A DNA stretch of 64,000 bases from an uncultured Erysipelotrichaceae bacterium (GTDB taxonomy: Bacteria > Bacillota_I > Bacilli_A > RF39 > UBA660), in the NCBI GenBank assembly GCA_902794075.1, contig CADBGE010000001.1, forward strand, positions 8,437 through 72,436. Reading direction: 5' to 3'. The notes under the pieces are model-generated. The model searched no databases and was not told the DNA's origin. It was given only the letters and a program-made list of their open reading frames with translations. Position numbers and translations under genes: made by a program. Positions 54,425-62,728 of this stretch are shown here, one piece after another (the first letter of the stretch is position 1; every line of letters starts with the position of its first letter).

Positions 54425-56125
54425 ATGCAGATTAAGAAAATTAAGATAACGAATTTCAAATCTATTTACGGCACACAAGAATTTAATTTTGAAGATCTTA
54501 AAGGTCTTATAAAGCTTTCTGGATCCATTGGAGCAGGTAAAACTACAATAGCAGAAGCACTTCTTTATGGATTATATGGGAATGTAAAGGGCCAGAATAT
54601 TAATCAATTAATTTCATGGAACAGAAAGTTTTGTGAAATAGAAATTGATATGATAGCAAGAGATAAGAATATACATATAGTTAGAGCTACTAACAAACCT
54701 CTTATAGTTCTTGTCAACAATGTTGTTCTATCTTCATCTAATAAGAGAGATACACAAGAGATACTTGAAACAGAAGTTTATGATGTACCTAAGATTGCAA
54801 TATTGAAGATGTGTCTTATATCATTCAATATGTTTAACTCTCTTGCATCAATGAGTGCAGGAGAGACAAAACAGTTTCTTGATGATGTGTTTGGATTTAA
54901 GGTATTCACAGAATATAATGACCAAATTACAATTGAAAAGAAAACTTTAACGAATGATAGTATACGTGTTAAAGCTGTATATGACGAAACACAGAATACA
55001 ATAGATACATTAAAGAAAAAGAAAGAAGCACAGATTGCTGAAATTAAGAAAACATTTAATATTGATGAATATATATCAAACAAGAATGTATTAATAGAAG
55101 AAGGCAAGTCTAAAAAATCTGAACTTAATGACATTGAGAAAGAACGTGATGAAAAGGTAAACAACATTACTGATGAAATTAGTAAAGTATCTAAACTAAT
55201 TACGCAAGAACTCACCCTCGGTAAAGCTGCCAGGAAAAATTATGAAACATTTAAGTCGGGAATTTGTCCAACATGTGGACAAAGCATAGATAATGATGTT
55301 GTAAATACGTATAAGTCTGAACTTGAGGAACATCAGCATTTATATACAGAATATAATAATAAAAAGAATGAACTTGACAAGGAGCGAACAAATGTTAAAA
55401 ATGAATATCAGATAAAGACAAACGAATATAATAATATATTATCTGAATTGAGAACTAAGATTCGCGATATAGATGAGCAAATAAGAATATATGAAAATGG
55501 TAAGAAACTGATTGATGAAAATTTTGATGAACTTATTACAGATAATGAAATTAAACTAAAGAATCTTGAAAGTCAAATAAATAAGTATGATATAGAAATT
55601 GCTGAATGGAATGACATGAGTGAACTATTTGGAAAGACTCTTCGTTATAACTTGCTTGACACACTTATTCCTCATATTAATAAATCAATTAACTTTTTTA
55701 TCAATAGACTTGAGCAGAATTATACAATAAAATATGATCAGGAATTCAAGGCTCATATATTTGTTGATGGTTACAATAAGGAAATTGGATATAATAATTT
55801 AAGTACGGGCCAACGTAAATCATTAGACATTGCTATTATTTTTGGAGTACTTAATAATATCATATCTAATGTTGATTTCAATATATTATTCCTTGATGAG
55901 CTGTTCTCAAATATGGACGCAAATACTAGAAACATTATGTTAAATCTTCTAAATGAAACGATAAGTAAAGATAAATCAGTTTTCGTCGTTAATCATGCTG
56001 AAATGGCTGATGATTATTTTGATCATAAAATACGCGTTACTTTAAACAATAAGAAAATTAAATCAGACATAAAGAATGTAGATGATGTAGTTATTCGTAT
56101 GTCAAATTATGAAAACATATTTTAA
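54425..56125 (+). CDS. Rad50/SbcC-like recombination ATPase (T4 gp46-like)
   Basis: Walker A GSIGAGKTT, long coiled coil with zinc hook CPTCGQ, ABC signature LSTGQRKS, Walker B ILFLDELFSNMD, H-loop VVNHAE. Confidence 0.8.
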   Translation: MQIKKIKITNFKSIYGTQEFNFEDLKGLIKLSGSIGAGKTTIAEALLYGLYGNVKGQNINQLISWNRKFCEIEIDMIARDKNIHIVRATNKPLIVLVNNVVLSSSNKRDTQEILETEVYDVPKIAILKMCLISFNMFNSLASMSAGETKQFLDDVFGFKVFTEYNDQITIEKKTLTNDSIRVKAVYDETQNTIDTLKKKKEAQIAEIKKTFNIDEYISNKNVLIEEGKSKKSELNDIEKERDEKVNNITDEISKVSKLITQELTLGKAARKNYETFKSGICPTCGQSIDNDVVNTYKSELEEHQHLYTEYNNKKNELDKERTNVKNEYQIKTNEYNNILSELRTKIRDIDEQIRIYENGKKLIDENFDELITDNEIKLKNLESQINKYDIEIAEWNDMSELFGKTLRYNLLDTLIPHINKSINFFINRLEQNYTIKYDQEFKAHIFVDGYNKEIGYNNLSTGQRKSLDIAIIFGVLNNIISNVDFNILFLDELFSNMDANTRNIMLNLLNETISKDKSVFVVNHAEMADDYFDHKIRVTLNNKKIKSDIKNVDDVVIRMSNYENIF

Positions 56126-56164
56126 AAAATATTTTTATATATAATAAATATAAGACAATATAAC

Positions 56165-56455
56165 ATGGCATATTTTAGTAATTACATTAATACACTTAAA
56201 GGTCTTAAAGATACTGTTGCTGGAGACATTGCATCGTTTGAAGAAGATGATGATCGTTTGTTAGCAAGTTTGATTAACTTTAAAAAAGAAGTAGAGCAGA
56301 TGATTGCTATTGCAGCAAATAATTCGGCAATAGAGGGAAAGGCTTCATTAATTCCAGAAGGAGTACAGACACATTGGTGGGCAGGCTCAGGTGATGAACC
56401 CCAATATCAGGGAGATCATGAATCATTAAGTCCGAAACCAGGCTCAAATCCATAA
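56165..56455 (+). CDS. hypothetical protein
   Basis: 96-aa ORF. Confidence 0.3.
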   Translation: MAYFSNYINTLKGLKDTVAGDIASFEEDDDRLLASLINFKKEVEQMIAIAANNSAIEGKASLIPEGVQTHWWAGSGDEPQYQGDHESLSPKPGSNP

Positions 56456-56481
56456 AATTATATTATATAAATTTTAAGATT

Positions 56482-56766
56482 ATGGCTAAGAAAAAAGATA
56501 TAGATAATGTAACTGATAATGATAATGTTACATTAAATGAAGAAAAACTATATAAATATGAAGTAGGTGATGAAGTTTTCACCATGGAAGACAATAAAGT
56601 CAAATCATTCATAATTCAAAAAAGAATAATTATGACTCGTTTTGATGGAGACGGTAATATAGTTACTTCAGTTTATTATGATGAATCAAATTGGGATTCA
56701 TTTAAAGCAATGTATGCTGAAAATGTTTTATATCCGTCAAAGAAAGAATTATTAGAAACATTATAA
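56482..56766 (+). CDS. hypothetical protein
   Basis: 94-aa ORF with TAAGATTATG start context (56475..56484). Confidence 0.3.
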   Translation: MAKKKDIDNVTDNDNVTLNEEKLYKYEVGDEVFTMEDNKVKSFIIQKRIIMTRFDGDGNIVTSVYYDESNWDSFKAMYAENVLYPSKKELLETL

Positions 56767-56793
56767 AAAATTATATATATTTTTATTAAGATT

Positions 56794-57888
56794 ATGACAG
56801 ACAGAGAAAAGTTAGACGCAATTCTTGCAGAAGAGGAAGCTAATACTCAACAACCACAAGAAACGGTTGAGGAGAATGCTCCTGAGTTGAAGAATGAAGC
56901 TTCACAATATCTAGGAACATCTCTTCAACATAACCCAATGACAGGCAGAACTTTTGAAGAAGATGAGCAAGATAAGAATTTAGCTAAAAGAAAGGGTCTT
57001 ACTCGTATAGGTGAAGAAATTGGTCATAAAGCAGAAATACGTGATGGATGGATTGATATTGATAAGGCATTACTTGGCGACCGTGCAATATTCTATCCTG
57101 AAGATTGGCAGTTCAGAGTACGTCCTGCAACAGTTGAGGCAATTCGTAATTGGTCAATGATTGATGATGAGAATCCTCTTAGTGTTGATGATGTATTTAA
57201 TGAAGTTCTGAAGTCATGTATAGCAATTGTTACTCCGGAAGGTCCAAAGCCATGGGGCAATATTTGTTCATGGGATCGTTTCTTCTTCTTATTGCTTATT
57301 CGCGAATATACATTTAAGCAGGGTGAAAGTGAAGTAAGTTATGAAGAGGACTGCCCTGAATGTGACAATCCAGTTAAGTTCACATTAACTTCCCAATCAC
57401 TTAGTTATGAATTACCAGATCCTGAAGTAATGCCAATGTATGATCGTGAGACGCGTACTTGGAACATTGACCCAGCAGAATATGATGTTGAAGCTGATGT
57501 CACTACTTTTTATGTACCAACACTTGAAAAGGATCAGAACATTAAAACATGGTTAATTGCTAGATATAATGAAAATCGTAATAAGAAGATTGACCAAGTA
57601 TTCATGCGTTTTGCTCCATGGATGTCACAAAAGATTTCAAAGGATGACACAATTGCAAAACGTCAAATGCGTGAACTTGAAATGAAGTATAAGAGTTGGG
57701 ATGAGGATCAGTTTGAATTTTTCAATGATGTTATTAAGAACATTATTGTTACTCCAGATAGAAATTTGACAACTGTATGTCCAGTTTGCGGCGAGGAGGT
57801 CGTTTCACAAATTCGATTTCCGAACAATATATCAGCCCTATTTAAGTCAACATCTAAACGCAGAAAGAAGTTCGGTTCAAAGCAGTAA
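56794..57888 (+). CDS. baseplate hub subunit candidate (T4 gp26-like) with two zinc-ribbon CxxC pairs
   Basis: WQFRVRPATVEAIRNW...DRFFFLLLIREYTFKQGE...CPECDNPVKF resembles the remembered gp26-family pattern (F.vRP.tv.E...l...D...ll..iR..s.G....C..C). A second pair, CPVCGEEV, lies near the C-terminus. TAAGATTATG start context. Confidence 0.4.
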   Translation: MTDREKLDAILAEEEANTQQPQETVEENAPELKNEASQYLGTSLQHNPMTGRTFEEDEQDKNLAKRKGLTRIGEEIGHKAEIRDGWIDIDKALLGDRAIFYPEDWQFRVRPATVEAIRNWSMIDDENPLSVDDVFNEVLKSCIAIVTPEGPKPWGNICSWDRFFFLLLIREYTFKQGESEVSYEEDCPECDNPVKFTLTSQSLSYELPDPEVMPMYDRETRTWNIDPAEYDVEADVTTFYVPTLEKDQNIKTWLIARYNENRNKKIDQVFMRFAPWMSQKISKDDTIAKRQMRELEMKYKSWDEDQFEFFNDVIKNIIVTPDRNLTTVCPVCGEEVVSQIRFPNNISALFKSTSKRRKKFGSKQ

Positions 57889-57907
57889 TAATGATGAGGA
57901 TATTGAG

Positions 57908-58249
57908 TTGGCGGAGCATGCTCCAGCAAAAATCATATATGATATGTATAGAATAAATCTTGAGAATCTTATAAAGAATAAAATGTATATTTCTAAAGAA
58001 TATCATATACAACCATCTGAGGTAGATAAAATGCCATTTTATGAATATGAAATATATCTTGAACAAATGAACTTAATTGCTAAGAAACAAGAAGAGGAAA
58101 ATAAAAAACAGCAAGAAGAATATGACAGCATGCGTTCAAGTATGAATCCAAGTAAAATGATGACAAATATGAACAATAATATGTCTATGCCGAAGATGCC
58201 AAGTGTATCAATGCCAAAAATGCCAACAATAAATATTCCAAAAATATAA
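57908..58249 (+). CDS. hypothetical protein with Met/Asn/Pro-rich tail
   Basis: The track start is a TTG; the first in-frame ATG is at 57941. The C-terminus is MSMPKMPSVSMPKMPTINIPKI. Confidence 0.3.
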   Translation: MAEHAPAKIIYDMYRINLENLIKNKMYISKEYHIQPSEVDKMPFYEYEIYLEQMNLIAKKQEEENKKQQEEYDSMRSSMNPSKMMTNMNNNMSMPKMPSVSMPKMPTINIPKI

Positions 58250-58251
58250 AA

Positions 58252-58274
58252 AGCACCCGTGAGGGTGCTTTTTA
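58252..58274. terminator. bidirectional rho-independent terminator
   Basis: agcaccc-gtga-gggtgct, flanked by an A-run and ttttt, between convergent genes. Confidence 0.65.
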
Positions 58275-58278
58275 TTAA

Positions 58279-59367
58279 TTATGCAATGAACCCAATTTTC
58301 TTCTTTTTGCTCTTTGAGAAGTCATTCTCTTTCTTAATATGAATAAGATCTGCAATTGTCATTGGCTCATTGACTGATGATTCAATTTTCTTACACTTAT
58401 CACATGCAAGTTTCTTGAACTCATACTTCAGTTTCATTCGGCCCTTACGCTTAATAGCATCATCAATGTTCTTTAGGTCTGTATTGAATGTGCAGATGAA
58501 CTTACACTTTATTACTGATGCAAGAATTCCATCTGACATATTCAAGAATGTACTGATGATAGGATTATTGATGTCTTCACGGGACTTAAGTAGTTTTTCA
58601 CAATCCTCAAGAATGTATATAGCATCCTTATTTTCAATGAACACTGACAGCAATGAATGTGATGTGATGTCATTAAGAAGATATGAATCAAGAATGATGA
58701 ATTTCTTGTCCTTATGTTCCTGTATCAAATGCTTAATGAATGTCGTCTTACCTGTACCAGGTTCTCCATACATTAGACACAATCCCTTGTCCTCATTCTT
58801 AATAAAATCATTAAATGCTTCTACTGGGATATCGTCGTTATAAGTCCTGTCAATATAAATATCCATTCTTGGAAATTCTTCGTCTGACACAAAATATGTT
58901 CCATTTCGATGAGTTAGAATTCCAACCTCAATCATATCATCTTCAATATCGTCAACTATTAAGTTATACTGAATATTCTTAATAAATTCATTATCTTGTT
59001 CAATATCATCAAGACAATACAATTGTACATGGTCATTCATCTGACGAACAATCATCCATTGATTAATATAATAATAGTCATAGTCAATCATGAATGGAGT
59101 AAACCCTTCTGACAATAAAAATGTATGAAACTTAGTAACATCATAATTATCATCAAAATCACGGTCACGATCACTTGCTACGCATTCGTCATAAACATAT
59201 TTCTTGTTGATTTCATATATGTGCCCAACCCATATTCCAAACATTTGATAAAATAGTGTCTGAATTATATCTGTGGATGTTATATTATGTCCGCTCATTT
59301 CAAAGCACTTGGGCAAGGTTTCATACAGTTTTTGAAGTTGTTGTGCGTTTAGTTGTGTAATGTTCAT
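58279..59367 (-). CDS. classic-clade AAA ATPase with unknown N-terminal domain
   Basis: Walker A LMYGEPGTGKTT, Walker B AIYILEDCE, and second-region-of-homology-like NIDDAIKRKGRM. Confidence 0.65.
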   Translation of the reverse strand: MNITQLNAQQLQKLYETLPKCFEMSGHNITSTDIIQTLFYQMFGIWVGHIYEINKKYVYDECVASDRDRDFDDNYDVTKFHTFLLSEGFTPFMIDYDYYYINQWMIVRQMNDHVQLYCLDDIEQDNEFIKNIQYNLIVDDIEDDMIEVGILTHRNGTYFVSDEEFPRMDIYIDRTYNDDIPVEAFNDFIKNEDKGLCLMYGEPGTGKTTFIKHLIQEHKDKKFIILDSYLLNDITSHSLLSVFIENKDAIYILEDCEKLLKSREDINNPIISTFLNMSDGILASVIKCKFICTFNTDLKNIDDAIKRKGRMKLKYEFKKLACDKCKKIESSVNEPMTIADLIHIKKENDFSKSKKKKIGFIA

Positions 59368-59375
59368 TTTTATTA

Positions 59376-59807
59376 TTATGTTTTTAAAATGTTACGAACT
59401 AATATTGTCCACTTAGGCATATCTACAAGAATGTATTCATCTGAACATTCATACCCAATATTATAATATGAATCTTCATCAGCATCCTTATAGTCATGTT
59501 CCTCAAGGAATTGCTCAAGATAATCTTCATCAATAATTTTAAACGATGAATTAAACAGTCTTAACTTGTCAATGCTATTTTCATCATTATCTAAGTACTC
59601 AAATGCAAACTTATCGTGCGTAACAATTGCATTCAATTTTCTAAGAATCTTTTCAATGATCTCAACACTATGACTAAGTTTCAGAATGTCATAAAAATCA
59701 CCTTGAAGAAATATACAGCATGCAGCATCACGAGCATATTTGTTGATGTCAAGATCATCTTGTACGGGTAGATGAACCCTTACTGTTCTTGTTGATTTAC
59801 TCCCCAT
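59376..59807 (-). CDS. hypothetical protein
   Basis: 143-aa ORF; overlaps the upstream gene by 11 nt. Confidence 0.3.
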   Translation of the reverse strand: MGSKSTRTVRVHLPVQDDLDINKYARDAACCIFLQGDFYDILKLSHSVEIIEKILRKLNAIVTHDKFAFEYLDNDENSIDKLRLFNSSFKIIDEDYLEQFLEEHDYKDADEDSYYNIGYECSDEYILVDMPKWTILVRNILKT

Positions 59808-60477
59808 AATCTTCTTTAAAATATAGTAATGTTGGATTGTCCTTTTTGACTGTCACAATTTCTTTAATCTGTTCTTTAGTTAAATTAATGGACGTGGTCT
59901 GCTCAAGGATTTCCCTAAATCTTCCTACATCAAAACCATGTGTAATAATATGTACACCGTGCGCTGTAGGAATATGAGTGATAATATTGTCATACACATC
60001 ATTAATTGCATTATAATGACGTCCTGAACGACACTTACAAATCTTTTCACAGATGATATCTACTTGCTCTTTTTTAAGATCATCAACATCAACAATCCAT
60101 TTTTTCTTTACACCAATTTTAGGTGTTACACCACATGCATGATCATATACTCTATGACCTTGATGACACCTATCTTCACGTACCAAATCAATATATGCCT
60201 TTGCTGCTTCAAGAGCAACTTCTTTCGCAGACCTAACGTTTAAGTTAATATATGCTCTAGCATTATTCTGCTCACACAGCTGAATGATGGCTTCTTTGCG
60301 CCTATCAAAATCTTCAAGACTTCTGATATAATATGTCTTGATTGTTCTATATCCATTGTTTGCAGAAGGAACAATATTTCCATCCTTCTTACGTTGAATG
60401 ATTTGAAGAAAATAGAAATCATCTTTATCTTCAAACTTCAGCAAAGTCCTAATTAAGTCAAAATTATTTACGTTCAT
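59797..60477 (-). CDS. hypothetical protein
   Basis: 226-aa ORF. Isolated motifs (WIVDVDD, TAHGVHIITH) are noted but not assignable. Confidence 0.3.
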   Translation of the reverse strand: MNVNNFDLIRTLLKFEDKDDFYFLQIIQRKKDGNIVPSANNGYRTIKTYYIRSLEDFDRRKEAIIQLCEQNNARAYINLNVRSAKEVALEAAKAYIDLVREDRCHQGHRVYDHACGVTPKIGVKKKWIVDVDDLKKEQVDIICEKICKCRSGRHYNAINDVYDNIITHIPTAHGVHIITHGFDVGRFREILEQTTSINLTKEQIKEIVTVKKDNPTLLYFKEDYGE

Positions 60478-60482
60478 ATATA

Positions 60483-60863
60483 TTATGATTTACTAAGTTC
60501 TGCCATCATTTCGTTATATTCCTCTTGATGTTTCTTTCGTTCTTTACGAGCAACATATTTCTTATGTTTCAGTTCTTTCCATTCGTCTGATGCAAAATAC
60601 GCTTCGTCTCGCTCCTTAAACTCATCAATTTGCTTTTGAAGTTCATGACAAATACTGTTCCATTCATCAATAGTTATAAGTTTATATTCGTGCTTTAAAT
60701 GAGTCTTTTTATCTATATCACCAAAACACTTTTTGGTTTCTTTTATATATTCAAGAGCTTCATCTTTTGTCATTTCGCCAATATCTCCCTTGAACCAATC
60801 AGTGAATTGAATACCATTTTCTCCCCGGTATTCATATCTTGTCATTACAATATACTTTTCCAT
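60483..60863 (-). CDS. hypothetical protein
   Basis: 126-aa ORF with a basic helical C-terminus. Confidence 0.3.
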   Translation of the reverse strand: MEKYIVMTRYEYRGENGIQFTDWFKGDIGEMTKDEALEYIKETKKCFGDIDKKTHLKHEYKLITIDEWNSICHELQKQIDEFKERDEAYFASDEWKELKHKKYVARKERKKHQEEYNEMMAELSKS

Positions 60864-60877
60864 TTCTTAAGAACAAT

Positions 60878-61069
60878 TTACGATGGCCAACAATCATCAC
60901 AGATTCCTGTCATGAGTGCTTCTCGTTGACTTGGTGTGAGATACGGAAATGCTCTTTGAACAAGTTCACCATTTTCCCACTTATCATAGTCATCAGAATT
61001 TACTCGGACTAACTGTACCTTGCCGCAGAACGGACATACACATTCGATTGTCATATTCAAATCTTTCAT
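60878..61069 (-). CDS. small zinc-ribbon protein
   Basis: 63 aa with CVCPFCGK...CDDC (two CxxC-type pairs). Confidence 0.4.
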   Translation of the reverse strand: MKDLNMTIECVCPFCGKVQLVRVNSDDYDKWENGELVQRAFPYLTPSQREALMTGICDDCWPS

Positions 61070-61074
61070 ATCTT

Positions 61075-61431
61075 TTAGTATTTTAATGTTCTTAATCCAA
61101 AATCAAATTTGACTCGTTCACGAGAACCAAGAGGTCCATAAAATGTCTGATAGAAAATTCGTGCTACAGAAAATTTCATTCGTCCATCAGAACATTCGCT
61201 ACACAAACAATATCTTTTAGTTGACAATGTAACATCTCCAGCATTACGAATACTGATGATCTTCTTAGTGTTCTTATTACGAATTCTGCCTTCTGTTGAT
61301 ATTTCATAGATGGGTTTGATGAAATATACATTTGAACTTCCCCATTCATTGAGAGAACAGTTCTGATAGCGCGTGCAAATTGGAACCCATTTTTCTTTTG
61401 CCATGATTTTAAGTTTTAATGTTGTTGTCAA
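61075..61431 (-). CDS. NUMOD4-like domain protein (possible homing-endonuclease remnant)
   Basis: KWVPI...YEISTEGRIRNKNTKKIISI fits the NUMOD4 motif (E.W..I....YevSn.GrvrS) that precedes HNH nucleases. No HNH motif follows in the 118-aa ORF. Confidence 0.4.
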   Translation of the reverse strand: MTTTLKLKIMAKEKWVPICTRYQNCSLNEWGSSNVYFIKPIYEISTEGRIRNKNTKKIISIRNAGDVTLSTKRYCLCSECSDGRMKFSVARIFYQTFYGPLGSRERVKFDFGLRTLKY

Positions 61432-61499
61432 TTACAAATATAAAATAAAAATGTTCCTTGAAAAATTCAAAGAACATTCATATTATTTTTGTTTTATGA

Positions 61500-62279
61500 T
61501 TACTTAACATTAATGAATGGTGTTGAACTTCCAAGCATATATTGCGGTAGTTTTCCATCCCACTTCTGTACGGCTTCATAATCAACAAGTTTTTGATTCT
61601 TTTCCAATGCCTGGGCCTTAATTCCCATTGCCTCTGCATCAGCCTTTGCAGAAATGACCTTCTGATTAGCTTCCTCTTGAATTCGTTTAGTATTGTTCAC
61701 GGCTTCCTGTGCCTTCTGTTCTGCAATCACTTTATTTTCGATTGCAGCCTCAAAATTATCAGAATAATCGAGATTTGTAATTTGGAATGAAATATTTTGA
61801 ATATACTTTTTACTAATCTTATTCTTTAGTGTAGTCAAAATTTGCATTCGTGCCTTATCTCTATTCGCAACAAGATCTTGTGCCTGCCAACTTCCTACAA
61901 TGTCTTTAATAGCATCCTGAAGAATTGGTGTAATAAGCTTTGTTCGATAATCTTTTCCAATCTTTTCGTACAACTGAGGCACACTCTCAGGAACCACATT
62001 ATAAGTAAGATTGAATCCAATAGTAGCAGTCTGAATGTCTTTCGTATATGTTACCGCAGTATCATTATAGACTTGCGTACGAATGTCTGTCTCAATCATT
62101 GTACTTACGAACGGCCACTTAAAACCAATGCCATTATTAAATGACGTCTGATGTACATTACCGAGTGTTACCAATGTTCCTCGATAACCAGGAGAAACAT
62201 AATAAATACTTGAAATAAGCATAATAAGAACAAATACGCCAATTCCGCACTTCACATAAAAACTTTTGTTAAATTTCAT
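61500..62279 (-). CDS. SPFH/band-7 (prohibitin/HflC-like) membrane protein
   Basis: N-terminal TM helix GIGVFVLIMLISSIYYV, an SPFH core (PGYRGTLVTLG...GFKWPFVS...), and a C-terminal Ala/Glu/Gln-rich helix (AEQKAQEAVNNTKRIQEEANQKVISAKADAEA). Confidence 0.7.
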   Translation of the reverse strand: MKFNKSFYVKCGIGVFVLIMLISSIYYVSPGYRGTLVTLGNVHQTSFNNGIGFKWPFVSTMIETDIRTQVYNDTAVTYTKDIQTATIGFNLTYNVVPESVPQLYEKIGKDYRTKLITPILQDAIKDIVGSWQAQDLVANRDKARMQILTTLKNKISKKYIQNISFQITNLDYSDNFEAAIENKVIAEQKAQEAVNNTKRIQEEANQKVISAKADAEAMGIKAQALEKNQKLVDYEAVQKWDGKLPQYMLGSSTPFINVK

Positions 62280-62298
62280 AATCTTATAATTTAATTAG

Positions 62299-62619
62299 TT
62301 AAAACATTTTATCATTAATTACATTAATTCCGAATTTTTCAAGATACATCTTAATGCTCTTTCGGCAATTAGTACCGCCACTATAACCAACATGCCATTT
62401 AACTTCATCACCATCAGTTACATCTCGTTCGTATTCTTTCCAATCATAAATTGTGAACGCAATATTATCGTCTGTCATAAGTTGCCATTCCTTCTGTACC
62501 TTATTATCGCTACTTGGTTCATCATAAGTGGGTTCACCAATACGTTCTACAAGTTCGTTATAAGACAAGTTAATCACATCATTATGAAAGCTTGTGCCGT
62601 TCCAAGGATTATTTTTCAT
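62299..62619 (-). CDS. hypothetical protein
   Basis: 106-aa ORF upstream of the SPFH gene. Confidence 0.3.
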   Translation of the reverse strand: MKNNPWNGTSFHNDVINLSYNELVERIGEPTYDEPSSDNKVQKEWQLMTDDNIAFTIYDWKEYERDVTDGDEVKWHVGYSGGTNCRKSIKMYLEKFGINVINDKMF

Positions 62620-62728
62620 TGTTTTTAATTTTAATGATTAAACAAATTTTTAATTACAATTATAATATAAAAAAATTCCCTCCAAAATTCAATTTGAAAG
62701 GAACATTTTTATGAAATAATAGTAATTT

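Noticed and set aside
59797-60477. Nucleotidyltransferase/ligase motif I (KKDG), or primase-polymerase (AEP) motifs (WIVDVDD ... TAHGVHIITHGFD)
   Set aside because: For a ligase, motifs III to V are absent. For an AEP, the DxD and xHxH-like spacing is plausible, but motif III and the surrounding secondary-structure pattern cannot be confirmed by eye. Left as hypothetical; an HHpred run would settle it.
1742-62628. Many 60-157-aa antisense or off-frame track ORFs (for example 1742..1972-, 2115..2622-, 12402..12818+, 17133..17462-, 27505..27852-, 35156..35548-, 41781..42182+, 54778..55215-, 58370..58843+, 61842..62144+)
   Set aside because: Each lies entirely inside a longer ORF that has homology support or fits the gene-dense operon layout. 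Their products are Ser/Leu/Ile/Phe-rich mirror images typical of antisense frames in AT-rich DNA.
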